The notes under the pieces were generated by a model that was not told the origin of the DNA, did no database searches, and saw only the letters and a program-made list of their open reading frames with translations. From Chrysemys picta bellii (lineage: Eukaryota): a stretch of 64,000 nucleotides of DNA. Below, piece by piece: positions 50,480-63,256 of the stretch. Positions within the stretch are counted from its first letter, which is position 1; each line of letters opens with the position of its first letter. The translations under genes were made by a program, and so were the position numbers. The stretch lies in assembly GCF_011386835.1 (NCBI RefSeq), contig NC_088791.1:88722001-88786000 (forward strand), in the 5' to 3' direction.

Positions 50480-51160
50480 GCCCAGGTGGACCCCATCTCT
50501 TCCCAGCAATCCTTCTTCCTGGCACAACATCCCATGGTTGAGGAAGCCAAAGTCCTCCTGTCAACACCATCTTCAGAGCCATACATTCATACCAGGGATA
50601 TTTTTTTCCCTTCCGGCACACCTTTCCTCAACCACAGGCTGGACAAGAACACCACTTGAATCCCTGACTCCTTCATCTTAGCTCCCAGAGCCCTGTAAGC
50701 ACTACTTTATCTTCTCAGGGTCATACCTGGCAATACCATTAGTCCCCAGGTAAATAAGCAGAATGGGGTAGGGGTCAGAGGGCTGGATGAGACTCAGCAA
50801 CCTTTCCATAACACCTCAGTTGCAGGCTTCAGGCAAGCAGTACACCTCCCATGACATCACATCAGGCCACCAGATGGATACCTTTTCCCTCTCAGAAGGG
50901 AGTCCTCAACCACCACCACCACTTGTCTCCTCTTCTTGGATATGGAAGCAGTGAGCCTCTCAGGCTTGGGAGCAGTTGGCGTCTCCTCCTCAGATATTGG
51001 GGTCTGCTCCTCTCCTCCTGTTGCCAGTACAGCATAACAGTTCTTGACCTTGATGGACAGAGGACCAGAGTGGGGATGGAGCACATCCCACTGCCTGAAG
51101 AGCCAGCTGCCAGTCTCCTCCCTCCAGAGCAGCCCAAAACAATATCTAATCTTTCATTTG
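50480..51160 (-). mobile_element. CR1 ORF1 (SGNH esterase-like) remnant
   Basis: KRRQVVVVVEDSLLRG and GFLNHGMLCQEEGLLGRDGVHL. Confidence 0.8.
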
Positions 51161-52165
51161 AAGACATCAAGACTCAGAGGATCCACCAGATTCCTTGGTA
51201 TTTTGCTGAATGGTTAATCATCATCACTGTTAAAAATGTGTGCCTTATTTCTAATTATAATTTGACTAGTTTCAGTTTCCTACCATTGACGTTGGGCCCA
51301 GCTTGTCAGGATGTTCCCTGTAAAACTTTTTTTACTAGGTCGGGAACAAGGAAATGGGCAGCAGGTTCCCAGGAGCATTCATCAGGGCCATAGCCCTCCC
51401 AGGGTATGAGGTAGTACATTTGGCCTTGCTGAAGTTTGTAATCAAGAATAGCATGCACTATGTATTTCTCATGACCCTGTCTCTTGACTGGTGGCAGCAG
51501 CTGTTAGGCCTGGTCCAGGAACTGATCCTATGTATAGGGCTTCAAAATGATACGTGGAACACTGACTATATTTTGAGGGGCTTGGAGAGTTGAAGTTTGA
51601 AGGCAACAGTGTTCATCTGCTGACATATCCAGAAGTAGATGAAGAATTGGTTGTCTAGCTTGTGGGAAGGTCTATTTGTATGGAAGTGTCTCACGGCAAT
51701 TCAGTTGAATAACAAATAGTAGCAGTAGCAGGTTGTCCTCCTATATGAGGACCAGTCCCTTATAGACACACCACAGGTCGTCCTCACTTTGCTCATTAGT
51801 CAAATTTTCACTGGTTTGAAGATTGAGAGGCACGGAGAAGATGGCCTTGAAAATTCAAACTGATGTCTTGAGGCACTGCAGTGATCTAGGACAGGAGGGT
51901 GCCTAGCTAGAAAGTAGCACTTAGGCTGAAACTTGTAACTTTTCATAAAGGTTATTTATAGCTGTGTCACAGTTCCCTCCGCCCCCTTTCTCTCTGTGTA
52001 TCAGTGAATGTGGCAGTGTGTAGGAAATCAGCATATGAGAAAAGAGGTAAGTGAGGAAGTCCACAAGAATGAACATGTTAGAGCCAGAAATCATAATGGT
52101 ATAAACAATTATCTTATGTTTCACATTTGAAATTTCTTGGGTGGAGAAGTGAAGGTTAATTAACA

Positions 52166-52240
52166 CTGTTAGTCTTTAAGGTGCCACCAGACTCCTTGTT
52201 GTTTTTGTAGATATAGACTAACACGGCTACCCCCTGATAC
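52166..52240. mobile_element. Penelope-type terminal fragment
   Basis: CTGTTAGTCTTTAAGGTGCCACC...GACTAACACGGCTACCCCCTGATAC. Confidence 0.7.
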
Positions 52241-53207
52241 TGAAAGGGTGCACACTTATTAAAAACAAAATACAATTGTTTTTGTTTACTCCTCCCCTCT
52301 CCCCCACTTGTCAGGCTCCAAATTGTGTCAGGCTATATTTTAAACATGTTTACAATCTGACCTGCCACTTGCTATCCGTTTGTTCAGTACCTAGCATTAT
52401 AGGGCCTTCGCCTTATTAAGGTATCTACGGGTCACCTCAAGGTAAAAGGGTGGAAATTATATGAATAACTAATAATTCTGGCAAATATTTATAAAAGTTT
52501 CCCAATAATTAGACCTCAGATATAGCAAATGTACCTTATATAACTGAGTTTCTACTGACAAGTTCCAGTCTACTGACCAGTTCTCCATGGGGAAAATCAA
52601 ATAGTATTCCAATATAAATTAAAATAAGCCTATTGTGAAACTGACAGAGGTGAACCACAGGGGATGTTTAAGTATTTATGATTAAATAGATATTTATTGT
52701 TCCTGCTGTTTGGTTGTATGATGGTCTTTATTTCTTAGCTGTTATTAGTAAACATTGAACCGTAAAACAGGTTTTTATATCGTTTACAAGTTCTGCAATT
52801 TAAAAAAGAATGTCCATCAGATGGCAGTAAAGGATAAGAAATGAGAAAGTGAAATACATTTCACAGCTTAACAGAACCCCTTCTGATTATTTTGATCTAT
52901 AGTTTTCAAAGATCTGCAAATTCTTAAATAATTTGTACAGTGTAGCCTTTGAGCTGACACCTACACGTATAGCACTGTCTTCTAAATACTGCACCCTGTT
53001 TTCATAAAAGCAATTCAGAAGCCCCTTCTCTACATTAAGTAAATAAAATCTTCCTATAGGTTTAGATGAATGAGTCTCTTTCCCTGGAATGGGAAAGGGG
53101 TCAGATTTTCTGAGCGATTAGCGATTTTCTCTGCAGACTTTCAAACAAAGTTACACAACTTCCTGTATGTACTGCAAAAGGCATAGTAGTAATTAAATTA
53201 TTTCCTG

Positions 53208-53556
53208 TGTTTGAAAAACCCGCGCAAGGATTGTCCAGTAACAACCCTCTTTTTTACCTCTTCAATGAGCTATCTGGACGCATCCCTTTGCTCGGTCGGA
53301 GGAATGCGGGGTGGTTTTGACTACTCGTTCCGTACAAAACTACGTGCCCGGGATTTTCCAATAGACTGTCAGATTCGTTACCCACTTGGAGACCTCTATT
53401 CTCGTACATCTGACAACAAATAACCCGTAAAGGAGAAGGTTGGATGTGAGGCTTGAGAGCTGTAAATACTGACTTCTGTTGCAAGTTATGCAGTGGGAAA
53501 ATGATCATTACGCATTAAATCTCAAATTTCCCATGTCATCTTCAGACAAAGTTATC
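53208..53556 (-). repeat. Inverted diverged copy of the module at 54967-55345
   Basis: CCCTTTGCTCGGTCGGAGGA, GGTGGTTTTGA and TACAAAACTA match the reverse complement of 55200-55262. The motif variant is at 53210-53225. Confidence 0.85.
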
Positions 53557-53802
53557 CCCCCCCCCCCGCAGTAAGGCACTTTTAAGTGCGTGTGTGAACG
53601 GAATGTAATTTACACATTTTGCCCAATTTAATCCACCGCTAGAAAAAAATGAGGGCGAAATCCTGTCCCCGCTGTCAGTTATTTTTGTTTGTTTGATTTT
53701 GTCACGTTGATTTTTGTAAGAGGGGGATTTCACTGTTTGGCGTACACACGATTCCTACCGGAACTTTTGGAGATAATCAAACCCTTTTTTGACTTTGTGG
53801 GT

Positions 53803-53818
53803 GGCTCTGAAAAGAGCC
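53803..53818 (-). terminator. Histone stem-loop of H2A
   Basis: GGCTCTTTTCAGAGCC-ACCCA. Confidence 0.95.
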
Positions 53819-53863
53819 GTTAAGTTAGTTTTAAATTCGAAGTGTTTATTTCTCACTTCAGCT

Positions 53864-54271
<408 letters not shown>

Positions 54272-55311
54272 CTAGCACCGTTTGCTCGGGAAAAGAAATG
54301 CAAAGTAAGCCAAGGGACACCCAGCAGCCGCCCTTATATTTCTTCCGTTTTCAGACTCAAACTATTTGTGATAGGCTGGCTGAAGACTTGCATTCTCTGA
54401 ACAGCCAATGGGGAAGCGGATCTAACTGTGACCATTGGTGAAGTGTAATATGCCGGTTGGGAATGTGGTGGGTTTTGCGTCTCCCCAAAAGAGACGCAAT
54501 AAAATAGAATTTAAAAAAAAGTAAGAAAAAAAAAAACGGGGGGTGGGAGGGGTCGGTACCATTTTCCCCTCACACTGTTATTGCGGAGCTGCAAAGAATA
54601 CGAGAGACTACCCTGATTTCAAGCTCATTGCATATCAAGGGAGTTTTGTGTTTACAGTTTAGAAATGTCTGCAATGGGTCTTGTACATTGGCCCTCAGTG
54701 ACATGGAACACTCATTGAAGGTGCTCGTGCTCCTAATTTAGTTTCTTTGAGGTAAACTTATCAATTAAATTAATTTTAAACAAAACCCTAATCTCTATCT
54801 TCGAGACTATCTTGCGGAGGTAATTAAACCAGGACATAAATAAATCAATAATTGGTCCATTTATCAAACAGTCAAAAAGACTGGCTAAAGTGAGTATTCC
54901 ATAGCAGCAGTGCATTCAGTTTACAGAAACACACAAGAGCATTTATGTAAATATCTAGTGGGTAGGAAATAATTTTGTCTGAAGACGACATGGGGGAATT
55001 GAGATGTAATGCATAACGATCATTCGCCCACAGGGTAACTTTTTACAGGAACAGTTAGTATTTATATATGCATTTCACGTCCTACACGCAACTTTCTTTT
55101 CCAGATAGTTATCAGATTTAGGAGAACAAAGGTTTCCAAATGACTAGTGCATCTGTTTGAAAGTCAAATAGAAAATGATTTTCTGAAAATCCCCAGGACC
55201 TAGTTTTGTACCGAACTAGTATTCAAAACCACCCCCTACTCCTCCGACCGAGCAAAGGGGTGCGTTTAGGTAGCTCCTTGAAGGGGTTAAAAGGACGGTT
55301 TGTCATTGTGC

Positions 55312-55545
55312 AATCCTTGCAGAGCGCGGGCTTTTCAAACTCACGCAAGTGTGTAATTGACTAATCCTTGCACAGCGCGGGCTTTTCAAACTCACGCAAG
55401 TTTGTAATTGACTAATCCTTGCACAGCGCGGGCTTTTCAAACTCACGCAAATCTGTAATTGACTAATCCTTGCACAGCGCGGGCTTTTCAAACTCACGCA
55501 AAACTAGTAATTGACTAATCCTTGCACAGCGCGGGCTTTTCAAAC
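55312..55545 (+). repeat. 51-bp tandem array (4.6 units), each with GCGCGG-GCTT-TTCAAA
   Basis: Units start at 55312, 55363, 55414, 55465 and 55517 (partial). Confidence 0.97.
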
Positions 55546-56255
55546 GCAGGAACTTGTTTTTAATCCGCGCCAAGCAACCAGATAGAGAACGGATTTTTGC
55601 TTCTAAAACTGCCATTTTCTCCCGCTTCCCTCCATCACTCTCCTCGCCGACCTGGGCCAATGCGCGTTTACGCGGTAATCTTATGGCTATTCTAGATCAG
55701 TCCCCTAACAGCATTTATACGAACAGAATGATTGGCTCCCTCACTAATATTACAAAATGCATCTTCCAAATTGAATACACTATCTAAAAATATTAGCATT
55801 ATTTTAATACCCCCGTAACGCTGCTTTCTAGAAAATGCGCTCGACATTCTTCCCTATAAACCCAACTTCCCGTGCCCCTGCGACTGATGGGGGAAGTGGC
55901 CAGAGACTGCATCTAACGACACCATCTACAGCAAAATGGTATTTTCCTGCAAGTGTTTGCTGCTAATCAAATAGCTTCAATACTTTACAACTATTACTTC
56001 GATATTCTAAACAAAATATGAATTAACACAAATGGTAGGAGCCCAGTTAAGAGTTTGCTCCGTGTTCCCTTGAGCAGTTTTATTTGCTGTTTTCAGAAGT
56101 TCATGATTCAACCCCGCACCTCTACATAAATGACCGCTGAAAGAGAGGTGCATCTGTACAGTCTAATAGAGTGACAAACTTGTTGCTAGATGAGAAGTTC
56201 TAATACAAAGTATTTTTCCCTCGTCCAACATCTTCTTTCTCGTGCTCATTATGAT

Positions 56256-56297
56256 ACAGCTCTTACTGTGAAAACGTGGGAGGCTCTGAAAAGAGCC
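56256..56297 (-). terminator. Histone stem-loop and HDE of third H4
   Basis: GGCTCTTTTCAGAGCC-TCCCA...TAAGAGCTG. Confidence 0.9.
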
Positions 56298-56329
56298 GTT
56301 GTTAATTATATATGGAGAGTAGAAAGACT

Positions 56330-56692
<363 letters not shown>

Positions 56693-56719
56693 CTATACCA
56701 GTGACTGTGGGCTCGTCTC

Positions 56720-56756
56720 CCTATATACAATTAGAGCCGACCTAATTGAAAACCTT
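56720..56756 (-). promoter_or_regulatory. H4 promoter site II-like element and TATA
   Basis: Minus strand GGTTTTCAATTAGGTCGGCTCTAATTGTATATAG. Confidence 0.75.
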
Positions 56757-57244
56757 AAAGAGGCGGGTCTATGCTAGTTGTCTTCCCCTTCCTTTCCCCA
56801 CTGACCTCTGTACAATGCTCATTCAGAAGAAAAGGGCGGGAGAGCAATCCCCTCCCCCCCCCCCCCCCCCCCGCTCGCCTTTGGCAGTAGACTGCTCCTT
56901 TTAAAATTCAGAAATATTTTGATTACAGATATATACATTTAGTTCTGTAGTATTTCCTGAGATTTTGTATTTATATACATTACTAAATCCTAACTAATTA
57001 TTGGAATCCCAGATTTTCCAGCAATACTGGTCACTTTAAACTCCTTAAAATAAGAGCCACATTCCAAGTGTGCTTTTTATTTGTCATTGTTGTATTTTCA
57101 CTTCGAGAGGATCTTCCAAAAAGTGCTTCACATCATGGCCTATTTCTTTTGAAAACACTCCTTAGATTTTGGGAGCAGATTGGATTTTAGCTGGAGGCTA
57201 AAATGGTGGATTTGGCTAACCTTTTCTCACAGGTCAATGAGAGC

Positions 57245-57480
57245 CAGGGCCGGCTCCAGGCACCAGTCCTCCAAGCATGTGTTTGGGGCAGCACCTGGAG
57301 GGGGGCGGCGTCACCCGGGGAGAGTGGGGCCCCGGCCGGGCTCTCCGCCCTCCTCCCGGCACTCCGGCTAGTCGGGGAGAGCGGGGCCGCGGCAGCGCTC
57401 GGCGCCCTCCCTTGCCGCGCTCCCCGCCGCGGGGCAGCAGAAGGCTTTTTTGCCTGGGGTGGCAAAAAAGCCAGAGCCAG
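57245..57480 (+). mobile_element. GC-rich hAT MITE
   Basis: Left TIR CAGGGCCGGCTC, degraded right end AGAGCCAG. Confidence 0.65.
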
Positions 57481-58380
57481 TGTATACACCTGCCCTGATG
57501 AGAACTCACACACTGTATATAGTTAAGGGGGTCATTCTTTAAGCTGGAGGGAGCATGTGACACACTGAGGTTCTGGAACTATGCATACTAGAGAGGCAGT
57601 GGACTTGATCTGTGTGGTTATTGACAGTCTTGGACAACAAAACACAGCTGTCCATAAAGGGCTGTACAGCTGGAGTACAGCTTTGCAGATACCACTTCAA
57701 AATGTGTAAAGCTGGAAAATGAATATAAAAGACACAGATAACCTTAAAGCTTCCAAATGCATTGGCCAAAAAATGTGTTCCACACTGGGCAAAAAGATGA
57801 AAAGTTTACAATCCCACAATTTAGAAGCTAGTGAGGCATTAGGAAATGTCCTATTCCACAATGAAAAACTGAAGCTGAGTGATTTAAGGAAGGGGATGTG
57901 AAGTTAAAAGGAGTTTTGTACTGATTAAGAACACTGCAGAGAGAAGAAGTTAGACAGTCGGGGGGAGTGCAAGTATTACATTGTTAAAAATGTAAGTGTT
58001 AAAGGGAATGTTGATGACTTTTTTAAAAAAGGCATGTCGAGAGAAGAAATATCTACTAAGATCAATAGAAAAAAGAAAAAGTAACATAGCCGCTAATATT
58101 ACTGTCAGAAAAAGAACAGTTTAAGTGTAGCAGCAGCGGTACCTATATTGAAGCTGTCTGAAAAGAATAAGGAAATCAAAGCTGTATCAACATGGACTAT
58201 TTCTAAAATAAAGCAATTAACAGAGCCCCCACCCCCAAAGTTATCTCACCTGTGAAAAATGTATTCAAAGCTGATATATAAAAATAAAAGTTATAAGTAA
58301 GTTTATTTAACAAAGGGAGGTTAAAGCTGTATTGGCCTGTGCTGGAGGTGACTGTGATGAGATCATACTGATGAGCTTCC

Positions 58381-59519
58381 TGTGACGGGTTGGGTCACAG
58401 AAACCCCCTTGAGAGCTGCCACCCGATGTGTAAAGACTACCTCTGCTTCTGTTTTCCCTGCCAGCTCAGGACTCCAGCACCCTGTCTTGCTGAGCCAGAC
58501 ACTCCTGTCTGGCTCCAACACAGACTCAGGGTCTGAATCACTTGTCCCAAAGCTGCAAGTTTACCTGAAAACAGCTCACAGTAGTGTGCTTGTCTTTAGC
58601 ACTCAGATGCCCAACTCCCAATGGGGTCTAAACCCAAATAAATCCGTTTTACCCTGCATAAAGCTTATGCAGGGCAAACTCATAAATTGTCCGCCCTCTA
58701 TAACACTGATAGAGAGATATGCACAGCTGTTTGCTCCCCCAGGTATTAATACACACCCTGAGTAAATTACTAAATAAAAAGTGATTTTATTAAATACAGA
58801 CAGTAGGATTTAGGTGGTTCCAAGTAGTAACAGACAGAACAAAGTAAGTCACCAAGCAAAATAAAATGCGCAAATCTATGTCTAATCAAACTGAATACAG
58901 ATAATCTCACCCTCAGAGATGCTTCAGTACGTTTTTTCTCAGACTGGACACCTTCCAAGCCTGGGCACAATTCTTTCCCCTGGTACAGCTCTTGTTCCAG
59001 CTCAGGTGGTAGCTAGGGGATTCTTCATGATGGCTCCTCTCTCCCCTTGTTCTCTTCCACCCCTTTATATATCTTTTGCATAAGGCGGGAACCCTTTGTC
59101 CCTCTGGGTTTCCACCCCCCCTCACTGGAAAAGCACCAGGTTAAAGATGGATTCCAGGTCAGGTGACATGATCACATGTCACTGCAAGACTCACTTGCCA
59201 GCACACACATATACAGGAAGACTCACAGGTAAATACAGCCATCTGCAGACAATGGTCCTTGTTAATGGGAGTCATCAAGATTCCAAACCATCATTAATGG
59301 CCCACACTTTACATAATTACAATAGGTCCTCAGAGTTATATTTTATATTTCCAGTTTTAGATACAAGAGTGGTACATTTATACAAATGGGATGTTCACAC
59401 TCAGTAGATTATAAGCTTTGTAATGATACCTTACAAGAGACCTTTTGCATGAAGCAAATTCTAGTTACATTATATTCACTTATATTTTTATAAAACCATA
59501 TAGACTGCACAACGTCACA
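58381..59519 (-). mobile_element. Solo LTR (1139 bp)
   Basis: TGTGAC...GTCACA with perfect TSD CTTCC. Reverse-complement relative of 25006-26196. Confidence 0.92.
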
Positions 59520-62502
59520 CTTCCCACTTCTAAGTAACTGATCACCACTTGCTGAGTGTTTTGCCTTAAAGATTTGTTAGACCCATCTGCTGAGTAAGTG
59601 AACCTCAGTCCAACATACAGCTGTTCAAGTTTAGGTGCATTTGACATTTAGAGATGATAGGAGGCACTGCCAATCAACATAAACTCTGTATTAACCAAGA
59701 TTTTGGGTAGTGAGTTTTCCTTGATTTTTGAGGAAGTGGTGGTAGAGAGGGGGAAATGACAGAGACAACTATGGGAGGGCATGAAGGATGTTTGTGGGTA
59801 TACTTTAGTCTCCCCCTGTACCAGCTCTGGGCTCCTGTGCATCTTGCCCCCTGCCCCCAGTAAAAGTGCGGAGGCCAAGGCGAAGAGGGAAGCTGGTAAC
59901 TGAAGGGTTATGAGGAACAAATCAAGCAGCTGAAGACAAGGTAAACCCCAGATTCTTTATTCCTCTTTGGAGGCTGGTGAAGGGGAGAAGGACTCTGCAC
60001 AGCCCTGTGAACAATCCATGGAGATAAATGTATTCTGATACATCAGCTCTGAAAAGGGTGAACTGCTCTGTTCTTCTCCAGCCTTGTTTTCGTCCACCCC
60101 TCAAAGTAATCCATACCCCCACCGCTTTTGTGGAATACCAAATTTCAAGACAAATGTCGTATGTACATGGATATTAGAACAATATGAATATTGAAATCAG
60201 GTCCATATTGGAGGAATAGAATAAAAGAATGCCTTACACAAATTATCTCACAATTATGAAACAAACCTGCCATAGCCCCTGATGCATCAAACTTATTTCC
60301 AAGACAATTCTCCATGTCTCTGGATTTTAGAGGAATTTGAATATTAAAATCACCTTCTTAGTGGAAGGGCTGTATATGAGGAACTTTTTGAATCATTGAC
60401 CCCCAACATTTGTATAACAGAGTGTACCTCTGCTCCTCTTTTGATATACCTATATTCAAGATAATATTACCATGCATGTGGATTTTGAACATTAAAAATT
60501 AATTGGGGGGGGGGTATATTATCACCCACTGATCAAATAACCCCAACTTTGCCACACAATTTTTGCATTGTGAGGCATTGTTGCATCACACCAATTTCTA
60601 AGGCAATTTACCTATACATTTGGATTTTATAGAATTTTGAAATATGCAAACAAATCATTGGGATATGTTATATCTCAGGAATCCCTTGACTAACTGAATC
60701 TGAATTTGCTTTATATATGTTACCCAAATCCTGCTGCATGCCTGTGCACAACCCTTCATCATTCAGCTACCAGGTCTCGCAGCCTCCTGGCCACTCCATG
60801 CATACACCTGGGTCTACTACATACTGATGGGGCTCTGCACCCCAATAGGTAACATGGGAGCCTGTACAGCAGTCACAGGTGAAAGAACACCTGATGAGAA
60901 TGAATGAAAACTGAAACAATAGCTCTGATGTGTGAATTTCTCCATTAATCACCATGAATGTTCTTTTATCTCTTCCCTTGTCCCAGTGCCTGGGTGTTTG
61001 TGTTATATACTGCATCATATACAGTATTTGAGAGAGAGAGAGAGAGTCATTTTAAGGGACAGACTAAAATAAACTCGGGGATTCATTAGGATACAGCTAT
61101 TGTTGTTTCCAACAAGTATCTTTGGGCCTTGCTCACATCATAATGTGTGTGGGGTGGAAAACAAAACACAAAGAAACAAACAAATAAAAAAACCTCTGAC
61201 ATTATTACCAGAATCTTCCCTGGATATTTAAGTAGACATTTGCTTATTACCTGTTGAAGGCTAATCAAATAGTAAATGCTGCCTTAATTTTATCTTTCAC
61301 ATTGTATTATCTTCTGTCACAGAAGCAGCTTCTTTAGGGAATGATTTGTGGACTAATTTTCACCAGCTTAAACCCAAGATCATCACAAGAAGTGACAACT
61401 GTTATTGTGGAATACAAAGAGAACATAAAGTTTCAGTACTTTGATTGTGAGTGCAAAGTAGGTTATAGATAATTCAGTCCTTTTCTGAAATGATTAGCTC
61501 TGAGAAAAGAAAGAGAGAGACACTCTCTCTCTCAACAGTCCCTTTAGCTGTTAAAAAGGAGTCAACATGAGTCATATTATATTAGTGCTACAGAACATAT
61601 ACAACAGTCTCCTGCAATTCAGATGACTAAATAAAGTGTTATCATTAATTATACCCGTTAAAGAAGCCAGCTTTACATAAGCTTAAATTAAGTAGAAGAA
61701 AATAATTTATTAACAGAATTTTCCCCTCTAGATAATGTTATCCCTATAGTTTGTTTATACTACAAAATTGTACCTTAATTGTTGTTCTAATCAATAATGC
61801 TGTTACCCTCTCCTGTAAAGAGACTAAAATACAAAATACTAATTAGCAAATTATTTGCCTGATGCATTTTTAAAAGGTACTTTAAAGGGAAAATACAAAT
61901 AACATTAAAATTACTTTGAAACTGTACAATGGGCTAGTGTGCTTACCTTCAGTTGGAATATCTGGAATGGTAAAATATAACAATTATTCGCATAAATGTT
62001 CAGAGCATAAACATCCTTTTATAAGTATTTTAAAAGCCCTGCATGATTTTGTATGTGGCACTATTTCAGGAGAATTAAATGATTTTAGGAGGTAAAAGAC
62101 ATTGTTAAGGGAGCCAATTCTTATTCTTGTTTTCAAAACTCAGGGACAAGTTTGTGTTATTTCCTTCTCTTCAAAATTAATTTACACTGAGGAAATCCAT
62201 TCATATAACTAGTTTTATACTCTGACTTGGAGAAAACGCCCTAAAGAGTAATATTTCATGGTGAATGTAATTCTATTGACAACTGTACCATTTTCATTTG
62301 TAAGTTTAAACAAGTTACCCAGTCCGGAGCTGTCTAGCGCTTCAGGATCCAAAGTTTATGGGCTCTTCTTTAACTCATCTTTATATTCTACAACTGAAAA
62401 CTCTGTAGGCTGAAAATACCTTGTTTCCCCTTTACCCAGCTAAGAAACTGAGCGATTTGGTAGCAGATATTACGAAAAAAAATTAACTTTTTGATTACAA
62501 AG

Positions 62503-62583
62503 AAACACATGCGAGGCCTTTTGCAATGAAATTGGGCGGGATCTTTACCTCACCAATCAGACCTCAGTTCGTCTCTAAAAATA
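62503..62583 (+). promoter_or_regulatory. H1-type promoter with mutated TATA
   Basis: AAACACA 62503-62509, GGGCGGG 62534-62540, CCAAT 62553-62557, TAAAAATA 62576-62583 (intact H1 has TATAAATA). Confidence 0.75.
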
Positions 62584-62645
62584 CCAGGCATCTGATCTGC
62601 TGCAGTTGTTTCTTTCTGTCCCAGGCCGTCAGATACTCAGCCAGT

Positions 62646-63256
62646 ATGTTGGAAACGGCACCTATTGCCTTTCCCCCGTCACTGCTCCTGGGGAGAAATC
62701 CCTCGCCAAAAAACCGAAGAAGGCAGAAGGAGGCTCCAAAGCTCACAAACCCTCGGGTCCCAGCGTGACCGAGCTGATCACCAAGGCTGTGTCCGCTTCC
62801 AAGGAGCGCAAAGGGCTCTCCTTGGCCGCTCTTAAGAAGGCTCTGGCCGCCGGCTGTATGTACGATGTAGAGAAAAGCAACAACCGCATCAAGCTGGGGC
62901 TCAAGAGCCTGGTGAGCAAGGGCACCTTGGTGCAGACTAAAGGCACCGGCGCATCGGGCTCCTTCAAAGTCAGCAAAAAGCCTGATGTGACCAAGGAGAA
63001 GGCGCCGAAGAAAAAGCCTAAGAAACCTGCCAGCGCCGCCAAGAAACCCAAAAAGGCTGCGGCCGTGAAAAAGAGCCCGAAAAAAGCCAAGAAAGCAGCA
63101 GCTGCCACAGCCAAGAAAGCGGCCAAGAGCCCCCAAAAGCTTACAGCCGCTAAGCCCACGAAAGTACCTAAGAGCCCGGGTAAAGCCAAAGCGGTGAAGG
63201 CCAAGTCTGTGAAGCCAACTAAACTTAAAGCAGCAAAGGCGGCGCCCAAGAAGTGA
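62646..63256 (+). pseudogene. H1: Histone H1 pseudogene (probable)
   Basis: ATG 62646 (MLETAP) shifts frame at the C5 run 62673-62677. One extra codon in the globular domain (GCMY vs GGY). Mutated TATA. Stem-loop mismatch at 63317 (GGCTCTTTTAAGAGGC). Confidence 0.82.

Noticed and set aside
55312-55545. CRISPR-like array
   Set aside because: Units are contiguous with only 4-5 variable nt, there are no unique spacers or cas genes, and the context is eukaryotic.
60120-60900. Possible decayed L1 ORF2 C-terminus on the minus strand
   Set aside because: Only vague similarity and no diagnostic motif I could confirm.
62606-63256. 216-aa intact H1 suggested by the ORF track
   Set aside because: It starts at TTG and has a non-H1 N-terminus. 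The true ATG at 62646 is in another frame.
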